From IMG/VR virus record IMGVR_UViG_3300042445_002563: a stretch of DNA of 56,512 nucleotides; one strand, 5' to 3'. A program made the translations under genes and the position numbers. Each line of letters opens with the position of its first letter. The stretch's first letter is position 1. This DNA comes from an uncultured virus (IMG/VR IMGVR_UViG_3300042445_002563) (taxonomy: Duplodnaviria; Heunggongvirae; Uroviricota; Caudoviricetes). This document shows, one piece after another, positions 36,081 to 46,722 of this stretch. Under the pieces are notes generated by a model, which ran no database searches, was not told the origin of the DNA, and was given only the letters and a program-made list of their open reading frames with translations.

Positions 36081-36400
36081 TGAATATTTTACCTGGTGCT
36101 GTGACCAAACTTCAAGAATTGTTTGCTGAAGAAAACAATCCCAATCTCAAACTTCGTGTGTTTGTGCAAGGTGGCGGCTGTTCAGGATTCAGCTATGGAT
36201 TCACATTTGACGAAGTTCAAGCTGAAGACGACTTTGACTTTGTGGCTGAAGACGTCAAGGTTCTGGTAGATGCCATGAGCATGCAGTATCTTCAAGGTTC
36301 TGATATTGACTACAAGGAAGATGCCATGGGCTCCAGCTTTGTGATCAACAATCCTCAAGCGGCCAGCACCTGCGGCTGCGGATCAAGTTTTAGCGTTTAA
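36080..36400 (+). CDS. erpA: A-type Fe-S carrier ErpA/HesB
   Basis: [33 protein letters not shown] overlap. Confidence 0.92.
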   Translation: MNILPGAVTKLQELFAEENNPNLKLRVFVQGGGCSGFSYGFTFDEVQAEDDFDFVAEDVKVLVDAMSMQYLQGSDIDYKEDAMGSSFVINNPQAASTCGCGSSFSV

Positions 36401-36589
36401 CCAAGCGGTGTACTCTGTTGCAAGAGGATGTGTCAGCACTTGCTGACCAGTTGCATGACCAATCAGTGGCAATCCTGGCATGATTTTATCTAGTAACGTG
36501 GCATGTTCAGAAATTATCTGAAACAATACATGTTTCTCATCTTGCGGTAATCCAATGATAGTCTGGGTAATGGTCGGTATTGTGTACAT
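36383..36589 (-). CDS. Small hypothetical protein
   Basis: Follows Gly-rich gene by 2 nt. Confidence 0.5.
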   Translation of the reverse strand: MYTIPTITQTIIGLPQDEKHVLFQIISEHATLLDKIMPGLPLIGHATGQQVLTHPLATEYTAWLNAKT

Positions 36590-36591
36590 TT

Positions 36592-38427
36592 TTATTTCCG
36601 TGTAAATAATTTTCCTAGCCCGGCAACTGTCCTGAGAGCCACAAATACTGGTATAAGCATCAGTCCCTTGCCAAACCCAGCTGGACGTTTACTTGGACCC
36701 ATCACCCGCTGCCAGACACCAACTACTTTACATATTGGAGTTCCCACAGCCATTATGGCTTTGCCTGTTGCATTACTTGATTCTCTACAACCCATTTGAT
36801 AGGCCATTTCTTCGGCCCAGGGTGTGGCAATTTCTTGTGCCCAACTGGTTGACCAACGTTGAGTAATTTCACGTCTACGTTGCTCTGACAACCAAGGCAT
36901 CATGTTGGGACCATTGCCGTCCATCCAGTCAACCACAATTTCTGCCCAGGCACGATATCCGTTGTAAAGGTCTGGATGGGATTTCACTAGATCCGCACCA
37001 AATGCTTGATCGGCTTCGTAGATCTCTTTGCTCATTAATCCAAGCTCGTGTAGTTTGGTACAAATGATCTTGCCGCCGCCACCACCGCCACCTTGGCCCC
37101 CTATTCCTTCTCTTGGGTTTATGCCAAATCGACCTGGCACGTTGCTGAATCCTGGTGCTTCAGATCCGTTGATAGTAGCCCAGTCCCCGTCTTTTTTAAT
37201 ATAAGTTGATTGTACCGGTTGCCAAACGTTGTTTAATTTTACATAAGTTTGAGTCACTGGTTGGAAAGATACACCGTCATGCACAAAAGTTCCTGGTACT
37301 TCAAATTCAAAAACTGCAAAGCCTGGCACTCCACCGCCACCACCAAAGGATCCGCCCCGACCGGCCCTACCGGGATAGTAAGAGTTGGTTGTGCCGCCAG
37401 GTTGAAGGCCCACAGGATCTTGAAAATCACCTGAACTCAGACCAAATGCACCTGCAAATCCTCCTGTGTCACCGCCTGGAGTAGTTCCGCCATTGCCGCC
37501 AGCCCAGCCCCCACCACCACCACCACCGCCGCCACCGTCTCCTGATTTGTTGGTACCGTTTTGTCCAGCATTATCTCCTACTGCGGCCTGACCACGATCT
37601 CCTGGCGCAGTTTGACCTATTGCTGCGCCAGTATTGCCACCGCCACCACCACCTGCACCGCCACCTGCTGCGCCAATTGGCACACCATTTAGTAAAATCA
37701 CAGTACCGCCACCACCACCACCGCCAGCGCCCGAAGTACCAGAGCCGCCTGCGTTGCCACCACGACCGCCACTGTAGGCGACGCCTTGGTTGATAGTCAA
37801 TGCCACAGCTCCTGGTCCGCCAGTGTTGGTTCCTAAAATTCTTATGGAATGATTGCCTGCAGACACCGGTATGCTGATAGTGAATTCGTTAGTATAGTTG
37901 TTGGCAAAAAACGCTGATGTGCCGTCAATAAAAAATTGAGCAGAGTTGTCAGCTGATGCTGTAAATTGATAGTCGCCTGACACTGGAAAATTCACAGTGT
38001 AGGTTCGATCAAATACAGCCGCACTAGTTGGGTTTACCCAAACACCGTAGGTGTTTAAGAATGTGCAATAGGCTGAATTGAACTGTTTGAATACTGGCGG
38101 GCTAGCAGCATTGTCAATGGTGTTAAAATCGCTTGATTCAAGGAGACTGGCCCCAGCAAAACCACCGCCTGCGCCACGTTGTCCACTTGCACCCGGCCCA
38201 CCGCCTTCGCCAACTGCAACCTCAAGCACATCGCCAACATTGATGGTAAATTGCACTGGTGTGAATCCGGCGCCACATCCGTTCCCGCCTCGGTTAGAGT
38301 CATTGCCACCACCACCACCACCGCCTCCCCATAGATAAGCAGTTACTGGAACGTTGTTACCTTGCGCCCAGATCAACTGTTGCAAAGAGCCAGTATAGCC
38401 GGCTGGTCTGACTACGATTTTTCCCAT
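36592..38427 (-). CDS. Glycine-rich virion/tail-associated protein with PA14-like insert and C-terminal KIICT domain
   Basis: Poly-Gly motifs; YQFTASADN...GNHSIRI; GGGGGGGGKIICTKL. Confidence 0.7.
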   Translation of the reverse strand: MGKIVVRPAGYTGSLQQLIWAQGNNVPVTAYLWGGGGGGGGNDSNRGGNGCGAGFTPVQFTINVGDVLEVAVGEGGGPGASGQRGAGGGFAGASLLESSDFNTIDNAASPPVFKQFNSAYCTFLNTYGVWVNPTSAAVFDRTYTVNFPVSGDYQFTASADNSAQFFIDGTSAFFANNYTNEFTISIPVSAGNHSIRILGTNTGGPGAVALTINQGVAYSGGRGGNAGGSGTSGAGGGGGGGTVILLNGVPIGAAGGGAGGGGGGNTGAAIGQTAPGDRGQAAVGDNAGQNGTNKSGDGGGGGGGGGGWAGGNGGTTPGGDTGGFAGAFGLSSGDFQDPVGLQPGGTTNSYYPGRAGRGGSFGGGGGVPGFAVFEFEVPGTFVHDGVSFQPVTQTYVKLNNVWQPVQSTYIKKDGDWATINGSEAPGFSNVPGRFGINPREGIGGQGGGGGGGKIICTKLHELGLMSKEIYEADQAFGADLVKSHPDLYNGYRAWAEIVVDWMDGNGPNMMPWLSEQRRREITQRWSTSWAQEIATPWAEEMAYQMGCRESSNATGKAIMAVGTPICKVVGVWQRVMGPSKRPAGFGKGLMLIPVFVALRTVAGLGKLFTRK

Positions 38428-38430
38428 ATA

Positions 38431-40101
38431 TTAAATTTGATACCAAATGTCACCGTCTTGTCCGCCTGTGGGCGATGATGTACTTACATAACGTGTGCCG
38501 TATCCATTACTATTGGTGGCGATGCTTAGTGTACGATCAGTAACAAGACTACCGCCGCCAGCAAGGCCAGCACCTGCTATAATTTGTGTACTACTTCCAG
38601 CAGCAGCAAGACTGGTTCTTGCACCTGCAGCAGTGTTGGCTCCGGTTCCGCCATCGGCTATGGCCAAAGAAATAATACCACTGATGGAGCCACTGGTAAT
38701 AGTTACATTGGCACCATTGAACTGAGTAATCCCTACCATGGTGCCGCCTGTGATTCCCACAGCATTGGCATTTTGTGTTGAGATACTGCCAAGTCCAAGT
38801 CCTGCCCGTGCACCTGGTTGGTCGGTGCCGCTTGTGCCACCCGACGACACTGCTAGTGGGGTATTGAGTCCAGAAATATTGCCACCAATGATATTGATGT
38901 TGTCTGCATTTTGCGTAGACACAGTGCCCAACCCAATATTTATACGAGCATTGGCAGCATTGGTGGCACCCGTGCCACCAGATATTATTGCAAGTGGAGA
39001 CGTTAGATTGCTAATAGCACTATTGGTAATAGAAATGTTATCTAAGGTACCACCGGTGATAGTAATTTCGCCTGAATTTTGAGTAGCAATATTTCCCAGC
39101 CCTAGATTGATCCTGGCATCAGCAGCAGTATTTGAACCAGTTCCTCCAAATGCAATCGACAGCGGAGAAATACCTGTGATGGTTCCGCCTGTGATGGCTA
39201 CTGCGTTAGAATTTTGCTGACTCATTGTGGGCAAGTTTGAAGCTGTTTGTTGCACAAACTGTGTAGTAGCAATTTGAGTTGTACTGGTTCCCACTGCAGC
39301 AGTGGGTGCAATGGGTGTGCCTGTAAATGCAGGACTGACTTTTTCGCCTTGCACAAAAGCAGTTGTTGCAATTCTGGTACTAGAGTCACCTGTAGCGGCT
39401 GTGGTAGCAGTGGGAGTACCAGTTAATACAGGACTAATTTTTTGTAACTGAACAAACTCTGTAGTGGCCAACTGTGTGGTATTGGCAGTGGCAGTTGCAG
39501 TGGGCGCTGTGGGTATGCCTGCAAATTGCGGGCCAGCTGTGACAAAAGCTGTAGTGGCCAACTGTGTGGTGTTGGTTCCCGCAGCGGCTGTGGGCGCTGT
39601 GGGTATGCCTGCAAATTGCGGGCCAGCTGTGACAAAAGCTGTAGTGGCCAACTGTGTGGTGTTGGTTCCCGCAGCGGCTGTGGGTGCAACAGGCACACCG
39701 ACAAATTGCGGGCTGTTGGTCACAAAAGCAGTGGTAGCCACCTGGGTAGTGGCTGTGCCTGCGGCTGCTGTGGGTGCAGTGGGGGTGCCCGTAAATGCAG
39801 GGCTGACTTTTTGTAGTTGCACATATTCTTGTGTAGCCAGTGGAATCCACGCATTGCCTGAGCCGTATGTGGAAATCACATCTATAGCATTGTTGTACCA
39901 CAGTTGTCCCAGTATGGGTTGCAAAGGTGCAGTACTGTTGGCAAAGTTTTCCAACAAAAACACATAGTTTTCGTTTTCAAAAGTACCGTAGTCAGTAAGG
40001 GCTCGTCCTACCAAAGATAGGTCTGTGGCAGTGGTGTTTACTGTGCCATCTGCTACTACTGCAATGACTTGCCCGCGGCTGTTGTTGATAATATATGACA
40101 T
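38431..40101 (-). CDS. Tail fibre protein
   Basis: LENFANSTAP..PILGQLWY, PAFTGTPTAPTA repeats, GGTGA..A..AR..LG repeats, GDIWYQ; start MSYIINN after TAAATA 40121-40126. Confidence 0.85.
   Translation of the reverse strand: MSYIINNSRGQVIAVVADGTVNTTATDLSLVGRALTDYGTFENENYVFLLENFANSTAPLQPILGQLWYNNAIDVISTYGSGNAWIPLATQEYVQLQKVSPAFTGTPTAPTAAAGTATTQVATTAFVTNSPQFVGVPVAPTAAAGTNTTQLATTAFVTAGPQFAGIPTAPTAAAGTNTTQLATTAFVTAGPQFAGIPTAPTATATANTTQLATTEFVQLQKISPVLTGTPTATTAATGDSSTRIATTAFVQGEKVSPAFTGTPIAPTAAVGTSTTQIATTQFVQQTASNLPTMSQQNSNAVAITGGTITGISPLSIAFGGTGSNTAADARINLGLGNIATQNSGEITITGGTLDNISITNSAISNLTSPLAIISGGTGATNAANARINIGLGTVSTQNADNINIIGGNISGLNTPLAVSSGGTSGTDQPGARAGLGLGSISTQNANAVGITGGTMVGITQFNGANVTITSGSISGIISLAIADGGTGANTAAGARTSLAAAGSSTQIIAGAGLAGGGSLVTDRTLSIATNSNGYGTRYVSTSSPTGGQDGDIWYQI
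39500..39684. repeat. Exact 90-bp tandem duplication in tail fibre gene
   Basis: 39500-39589 equals 39590-39679, encoding APTAAAGTNTTQLATTAFVTAGPQFAGIPT. Confidence 0.9.
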
Positions 40102-40191
40102 TAATTGCTCCGAATACGTGTATTTAGTACTTGACAGGTTGTTGCTGTAGCACAAAACTTTTGGTAAATACAATCAACAGGAATTTCAAAC

Positions 40192-42498
40192 ATGGCACAG
40201 CAAACGATCAATGTAGGCAACGTAGCAAACGATGGGCAAGGCGATCCTGTCCGTACTGCTTTTGAAAAAACAAACAGCAATTTTACTGAACTTTTTAATA
40301 TTGGTGGTATTTCGGGTATTGCCAATGGCACTTCAAACATTCAAATTGTTGAAGATTCCACTGTGAGTGTAAGTGCCGCCAACGTGGCCAACGTGTTTGT
40401 GGTTTCAGGGACCGGAGCAACAGTAAAAGGCACATTGGTAGCCAATACCACAATTTCTGCCACAGGCAACATCACATCAGGCGGTTTGTTCTTTGGCAAC
40501 GGATCCCAGCTGACTGGCGTGGTTGCAAGTGCTCCGGCTGCGCTGATCACAGGAAACACACTCAGTGCCAACGTGATAAATTCAAGTTTGGTCACTGTGG
40601 GGACATTGACTTCGTTGTTGGTATCAGGCAATGCCACAGGCGGCAACTTGACTTCTAGCGGTGTTGTTACTGCATCTGGCAACATCTCTGGACAAAACAT
40701 TGTGACCAATGGCACTGTGAGTGCAGCAGGCAACGTCACTGGCAGCAACATTGTCACAGCAGGTCAGGTCAACAGCACAGGCAACATCACCAGCCTGGGC
40801 AACATCACCGCCAGCTACTTCATCGGCGATGGCAGTTTGTTAAGCAATGTCAGTGGCAGCGGTGGCGGCTCTAATGCACAGCTACTGACCGGAAGCACAC
40901 TGAGTTCAAACGTGGTCAACTCTGTTCTACAAACAGTAGGCGACCTAAACAGTTTGGTGGTCAGCAATGCCCTGGGCGGCACTGGCAATATTGCCAGCAA
41001 CAATATCAGTGCGGCAGCCAGCATGATTGCAACCGGCAACATCACAGGCGGCAACATTATTAGTCTTGGCACAGTGTCCACTGTGACTATCACAGCTCTG
41101 GGCGAAATACAATGCGACAATGTGATTGCCAATACCACCGCAGGCACAGTGGCAGGCAATCTAGTGGCTGCAACCAGTTTGATTACCACATCAGTGTTGA
41201 GTGCTTCGGGCAACATCACAGGTGGCAATGTGGCCACAGCCGGACGAATAATTGCCACAGGCAACATCACAGGTGGCAACTTGATTGGTGCAATTGCTAC
41301 TGCCAGTCAGACTGCTATCACAGCAATTGGTACACTGGGCAGTCTAAACGTAACAGGCAATATTGCCGGTGGGAATATCTCCTTGGGCGGAGAAGTTGTG
41401 GCCACAGCCAACGTCAGCGGCGGCAACGTGATCAGCGGCGGCCTAATCAGTGCAGCAGGAGCAGTAACTGTGGTGGGCAACGTCACCGGCGGTAACATCA
41501 GCACAGCTGGCCTGATCACTGTGGTGGGCAACGTCACCGGCGGCAACATCAGCACAGCAGGTCAGGTCAGTGCCACCGGTGCCATCACAGGCGGCAGTTT
41601 GACAGTGAACGGTGCCACTGTGATTGCTGGCAACTTGACTGTGACCGGCAATACTTTTTACACCAACGTTGAGACCCTGGCCATTCAGGATCCTATTATT
41701 AGCCTAGGCAACGGTGCTAACAATGCTCCACTGATTAGCAACGACAGCAAGGATCGCGGAACTGCTCTGCAGTATTATGACACTGCTGCAAGAACAGCAT
41801 TTGTGGGCTACGACAATAGTGTAAACAAACTGGTTGCTGCAGTTCGAGTCAACATTACCAACGAAGTGATCACTGTGAGTAGTTACGGCACACTGGTAGT
41901 GGGCACACTAGAAGGCAGCAATGTCAGCGTCACAGGCGATGTCAATGCTGGCAATGTGGTATCTGTAGGATTTGTACAGTCAGCCACAGTTTCTGCGTCA
42001 GGCAACGTCACTGGCGGCAATGTCGTCACCAGCGGCCTGATCAGTGCAGGAGGCACTGTCAGTGCAACAGGCAACGTCACCGGCGGCAACATAAGAACAG
42101 CAGGTTCAGTCAGTGCCACAGGAACCGTCATAGGCGGCCTAATCAGTGCAACAGGCAACGTCACCGGTGCTCAGTTCAATGGATCTGGTGCAGGTCTAAC
42201 ATCAATTCCTGGTGCCCAGGTCACAGGCACTGTGCCTAGTGCAACCACCGCCTCCACCGCAGGATCAGCAACCACCGCAGGATCAGCAACCACAGCAGGA
42301 TCAGCAACCACCGCAACCACAGCAGGCACAGTGACCACAGCGGCACAGCCCAATATTACCAGCCTGGGTTCGTTGATCAGCTTGATCATACCAGTATCAA
42401 GTTTTGATCCAGCAAGTCCAGCCGTTGGGCAATTCTATTACAACACCTTTACTGGCGGCCTTAGACTCTGGACCGGCAGCGTCTGGGATAACGTTTAA
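40192..42498 (+). CDS. Fibre-like virion protein with GN(V/I)TGGN repeats
   Basis: INVGNVANDGQGDPVRTAF.K.NSNFTEL N-terminus; many GNxTGGN repeats; TAAATA at 40165. Confidence 0.85.
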   Translation: MAQQTINVGNVANDGQGDPVRTAFEKTNSNFTELFNIGGISGIANGTSNIQIVEDSTVSVSAANVANVFVVSGTGATVKGTLVANTTISATGNITSGGLFFGNGSQLTGVVASAPAALITGNTLSANVINSSLVTVGTLTSLLVSGNATGGNLTSSGVVTASGNISGQNIVTNGTVSAAGNVTGSNIVTAGQVNSTGNITSLGNITASYFIGDGSLLSNVSGSGGGSNAQLLTGSTLSSNVVNSVLQTVGDLNSLVVSNALGGTGNIASNNISAAASMIATGNITGGNIISLGTVSTVTITALGEIQCDNVIANTTAGTVAGNLVAATSLITTSVLSASGNITGGNVATAGRIIATGNITGGNLIGAIATASQTAITAIGTLGSLNVTGNIAGGNISLGGEVVATANVSGGNVISGGLISAAGAVTVVGNVTGGNISTAGLITVVGNVTGGNISTAGQVSATGAITGGSLTVNGATVIAGNLTVTGNTFYTNVETLAIQDPIISLGNGANNAPLISNDSKDRGTALQYYDTAARTAFVGYDNSVNKLVAAVRVNITNEVITVSSYGTLVVGTLEGSNVSVTGDVNAGNVVSVGFVQSATVSASGNVTGGNVVTSGLISAGGTVSATGNVTGGNIRTAGSVSATGTVIGGLISATGNVTGAQFNGSGAGLTSIPGAQVTGTVPSATTASTAGSATTAGSATTAGSATTATTAGTVTTAAQPNITSLGSLISLIIPVSSFDPASPAVGQFYYNTFTGGLRLWTGSVWDNV

Positions 42499-42506
42499 AA
42501 TATAGT

Positions 42507-45500
42507 ATGGCACAACCAATCTGGATCACGCCAGCTGGCAACCTAGGAGTCATACCCGAAGGTGTGTTTTTTCAGCTGATTCTTGAAGCAGCAGACGCCG
42601 ATCTTGGCGGAGTCACGTTTTCTTTAATTGCAGGCAGTTTGCCAGCAGGTATTCAAATCACAGCCAACGGTAGTATTACTGGTGTACCAGTTGCTGCAGC
42701 ACGACTACAAGGTGTACCACTAGATGTAAGTGCAGATGTAACCAGCAAATTCACCATACGTGCTAGCAGTCAAGACCTGCTGCCGCGTGTGCGAGACCGA
42801 ACATTTGAAATAACCATTACTGGTGACGAGGCTCCTGAATTTACCACACCCTCAGGTAGTCTAGGAACATTTTACGATGGTGACCAACTCAATATTCAAA
42901 TAAATTACACAGACACAGATGCTGCTGACACTGTGATTGTTAGACTGGTTGATGGAGAACTGCCCGGGGGTATCACTGTGAGTCCAACTGGGTTGATTTC
43001 AGGTTATATACAACCAGCAGCAGATGTAAATGAGCCAGCAGGATATGATGTTACTCCCATCTATACTTTGCCCTATGACTTTGTGGTCAGTGCTATCAAC
43101 AAGAACTATCAATTCACGCTGGAAGTCACAGACGGCCGTAATAATAATCTGCGTACATTTGAATTCTTTGTGTATGACCGAACCACAATCACAGCAGACA
43201 ACACCACAATCACAGCAGACAACACAGTGGTCACTGCAGATGAAACCACAGAGCGTCGCCCGTTTATCATCAATTCAGAACCCAGCAATTTGGGACTGGT
43301 CCGAGGCGACAACTACTATGCTTATCAATTTATTGGCAACGACTATGACACTCCTGACATACGTTATGCTATCTCAGTAAATCAAGGTTCAGGTTTGCCA
43401 TCTGGACTTGTACTGGATCCAGTAACTGGCTGGTATTACGGTTATATTCCAGATCAAGGTGTCACTGAAGTTGACTACAGTTTCAACATTGTGGCCTATC
43501 AGGAAGAATTTGTGAGCAGTATCACATGCTCAGCAACCACATTTGGCACCAATCGTATCACTTGTGCCAGCACAGAATCAATTGGTCCAGGACAGCCACT
43601 GATATTCACAGGCACTGCATTTGGCGGCATTGTTGCAGCACCCATTCAAGTGTACTATGTGTTAGCGGTGGTCAACTCCACACAGTTCACAGTGACTGAA
43701 CGTTTGACTTCAACCACAGCAGTCACGTTGACCACCGCAGCAGGAACCATGACTGCCAACTTGATTGTGGCCAGTGATCCCTACCCCTACACTATAACTC
43801 TTGCTGGTGATATTGATGCTGAAGTCGCCTGGCTAACCAATGCAGATCTTGGCGTGCTAGACAACGGAGATATTAGTCTGCTTCAGGTAGAAGCGGTAAA
43901 TCGTGGTGGCCGAACTCTGTTGTATCGACTTGAGAGTGGTGCATTCAATGAACTGCCGCAAGGACTAGAACTATTGCCCACTGGAGAAATTTCTGGTCGT
44001 GTGAGCTTCAACACCTTTGCCATTGATCTGGGCCATACCACATTTGACCAGGATACCACCTGGGATAGCACCTTTAGATTTACAGTGAATGCCTATGCTC
44101 AAGACACTGAGCAATTGCTATATGATGTTGAAAGTGTGCTTGTAGTCAACGGCGGCACGGGCTACAGCAGCGTTAATCTACCAGCAATTGAATTCAGTTC
44201 TCCAGTGGGAGCATCAGCATTTCCGGCACAAGCGGGCAACGTCACAGTGATTGGCAGCTCTATTGCTACAGTAGAATTGATCAGTTCTGGTGAAGGCTAC
44301 AGTTCTCCTGCTATAATCACAATCACTGAAGGATTTGGTGGCACAGGTGCAGTGCTAGAATCAGTCATGCGTGTGACTGGCATTAGAGACGTAGTATCTG
44401 TGTTCAAAGAATTTGTTGTGAAAGTTCAAAGAGAATACAACAAACCGTATCAGAATCTTGAGGTGCAGGCCATGCCTCCGGCCAACGATCGTGAGTTGAT
44501 TGCTGAACTATTGACCAACAACAATATTTTTGTTCCTGATTACATATTTAGACCCACAGATCCTTATTTTGGCAAGTCTGATCGAGTGGTGTATCAACAT
44601 GCATTTGGTCTAGATCCTGAAACCCAAGATCTGTATGTGGAAAGCTTGTATCTCAATCACTACTGGAAAGAACTAGTACTGGGTTCCATCGAAACTGCCC
44701 AAGCACTGGATGCACAAGGCAATGTGGTCTATGAAGTGGTTTATAGCCGTGTGATTGATAATCTAGTGAACAATCAAGGTCAGAGTGTTGGCAAGATTGT
44801 GAACCTGTCTTACCCAATCACGGATCCTGGTGACGGTAGTACCGAACTCACGCAAGTGTACCCCAACAGCTTGGCCAACATGCGAGATCAAGTGATTGAT
44901 GTGGTAGGACAAATATCTACCAAATTGCCTCTATGGATGACGTCAAAACAAACTGATGGACGAGTGTTGGGCTTTACTCCAGCCTGGGTCTTATGTTATA
45001 CACAACCTGATCGAGCTCGACAGATTGCATACTATATTGCCACTCAGTTTGGTCAGCAATTGAACCGTGTGGACTTCAAAGTCGATCGATATATCCTAGG
45101 AACTGATCTCAGTCGCAACTGGGATCCTGTAACTCAACGTTGGACTCCAACGCCAAATCTAACCACATTTGACAGATTTGGCACCGGCAACAACACATTT
45201 ATCGGCACAGTGGACATTGCCACAGACTTGGCCTACAGTGACGTCAACAACCGTACCCTAGATTATATCAATGCCCTGGGCGGCCTTGACGGAGTGATAT
45301 TAGGCATCAACAACGACACCTTGATCTTTGTCAAACAGCAAGATTACAACGGCCCTCCGGGCAGCAATTATCCCAACACCGATGACGCTTGGCAGGATTA
45401 CCTGTATCCTTATGACAGCATAGGCTACGATCTGGGCACAACAGAATTTGACGAAGCAGTCACCGTGCCCAATGGCGACGAATCCAGTCTAAATGATCGA

Positions 45501-45812
45501 ATGGCCATCTATACTATTAGTGTAGATCCTGTGACTGAATTTGTGACCTTGACCTTGACCACTCTCACAGAACCCGACGACTTTGTGCAAGTCTCACGCG
45601 GTAATTTCTACCGAAGTGCACAACTACGGCACCCCACGGCACCTGCTGTGGGATTGACTGAAATCAGTTGGGTGCCGTTGGAAACCGTGGTAACTGAAGA
45701 AACATTCTTTGACGAAGGCAGTGTGGCGTTCACTGAACCTGTGGATATGTACGATCCAACCGATCAGTTCGATAAATATCTTGTATTCCCCAAAGCCAAC
45801 ATATTGGCCTAA
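42507..45812 (+). CDS. Large Ig-repeat structural protein, baseplate wedge-like
   Basis: W.TPAG.LG and G.LP.G..L...G.I.G Ig repeats; LPLWM, GFTPAW, DKYLVFP. Confidence 0.78.
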   Translation: MAQPIWITPAGNLGVIPEGVFFQLILEAADADLGGVTFSLIAGSLPAGIQITANGSITGVPVAAARLQGVPLDVSADVTSKFTIRASSQDLLPRVRDRTFEITITGDEAPEFTTPSGSLGTFYDGDQLNIQINYTDTDAADTVIVRLVDGELPGGITVSPTGLISGYIQPAADVNEPAGYDVTPIYTLPYDFVVSAINKNYQFTLEVTDGRNNNLRTFEFFVYDRTTITADNTTITADNTVVTADETTERRPFIINSEPSNLGLVRGDNYYAYQFIGNDYDTPDIRYAISVNQGSGLPSGLVLDPVTGWYYGYIPDQGVTEVDYSFNIVAYQEEFVSSITCSATTFGTNRITCASTESIGPGQPLIFTGTAFGGIVAAPIQVYYVLAVVNSTQFTVTERLTSTTAVTLTTAAGTMTANLIVASDPYPYTITLAGDIDAEVAWLTNADLGVLDNGDISLLQVEAVNRGGRTLLYRLESGAFNELPQGLELLPTGEISGRVSFNTFAIDLGHTTFDQDTTWDSTFRFTVNAYAQDTEQLLYDVESVLVVNGGTGYSSVNLPAIEFSSPVGASAFPAQAGNVTVIGSSIATVELISSGEGYSSPAIITITEGFGGTGAVLESVMRVTGIRDVVSVFKEFVVKVQREYNKPYQNLEVQAMPPANDRELIAELLTNNNIFVPDYIFRPTDPYFGKSDRVVYQHAFGLDPETQDLYVESLYLNHYWKELVLGSIETAQALDAQGNVVYEVVYSRVIDNLVNNQGQSVGKIVNLSYPITDPGDGSTELTQVYPNSLANMRDQVIDVVGQISTKLPLWMTSKQTDGRVLGFTPAWVLCYTQPDRARQIAYYIATQFGQQLNRVDFKVDRYILGTDLSRNWDPVTQRWTPTPNLTTFDRFGTGNNTFIGTVDIATDLAYSDVNNRTLDYINALGGLDGVILGINNDTLIFVKQQDYNGPPGSNYPNTDDAWQDYLYPYDSIGYDLGTTEFDEAVTVPNGDESSLNDRMAIYTISVDPVTEFVTLTLTTLTEPDDFVQVSRGNFYRSAQLRHPTAPAVGLTEISWVPLETVVTEETFFDEGSVAFTEPVDMYDPTDQFDKYLVFPKANILA

Positions 45813-45824
45813 TCAGGACCCCAA

Positions 45825-46703
45825 ATGACCAGTCAAATCAACCCCAACAACATTGACACTGCTTATCCAGTGGCAGGCCAAGACAACAACACACAAGGTT
45901 TTCGTGACAATTTCACGTTTATCAAAAACAACTTCACAGCGGCTGCTAGTGAAATCACTGTGTTGCAAAACACTGGTGCTGTAAAAGGATCAACTGCTGT
46001 AAACGATTTTGGTGGTGGGCTGATATACGATGCAAAAATACAAGACTTAGCAGCAACGGCTGTAAATCTTGGATCAGTAACAGGCACAGTCACTATCAAC
46101 TATGCTGCTGGGCACTACCAACAAATGAGCACATCAGGCAGTATCACCATTGCGTTAGATGCTGCCAGTTTGCCACCTATCGGTCGTTATGGATTTGTTC
46201 GACTGGAAATCACAGCAAGCAGTGCTGCACACACAGTGACCTTGCCCGGTTCAGTGACCATAAACCGCAGTGGTATCCAAGGCCTCAACGTGTCAACCAA
46301 TGTGATCACTTTTGCTGCTGCTGGAGTTTATACATTTGACTTTACCACTGTAAACACTGGGTCAACTGTGACTGTGAATGAAACCAACAACCAGCTACAG
46401 CCTTTCAACAATTCCAGCGAAGACCTTGCGGCCAGTGCTGCTGCAAGCCTGGTTACAACTGCTAGTTATTTCACTACTGCTGCTGCTGAAACTGCTACTC
46501 TAGCAGCCGGCGTAGAAGGACAGATCAAAACTTTTGCAATGTATGCTGACAGCGGTGACATGGTTATTACTGTGACCAATGCAGGATGGAAAACGTCAGG
46601 CACAGGTACTATAACATTCGACACTATTGGTGATGCTTGTACTCTGCAATACATCAATGCCAAGTGGTTCTGTATTGGCAACAACGGCTGTGTGTTTGCT
46701 TAA
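45825..46703 (+). CDS. Virion structural protein (YPVA-QDN-QGFRDNF family)
   Basis: SQINPNNID..YPVAGQDNNTQGFRDNF; TAAATA at 45773. Confidence 0.78.
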   Translation: MTSQINPNNIDTAYPVAGQDNNTQGFRDNFTFIKNNFTAAASEITVLQNTGAVKGSTAVNDFGGGLIYDAKIQDLAATAVNLGSVTGTVTINYAAGHYQQMSTSGSITIALDAASLPPIGRYGFVRLEITASSAAHTVTLPGSVTINRSGIQGLNVSTNVITFAAAGVYTFDFTTVNTGSTVTVNETNNQLQPFNNSSEDLAASAAASLVTTASYFTTAAAETATLAAGVEGQIKTFAMYADSGDMVITVTNAGWKTSGTGTITFDTIGDACTLQYINAKWFCIGNNGCVFA

Positions 46704-46722
46704 ATATCTCAAGGAATAACAA

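Noticed and set aside
39500..39684. CRISPR array or DGR repeat pair
   Set aside because: In-frame coding tandem with no spacers, no adenine-specific variation and no reverse transcriptase
40341..42389. Antisense MLPPVTLP-type ORFs (also 7718, 38495-39967, 47247-48080)
   Set aside because: Shadows of repetitive Gly/Asn/Thr-rich genes on the other strand; no RBS or promoter
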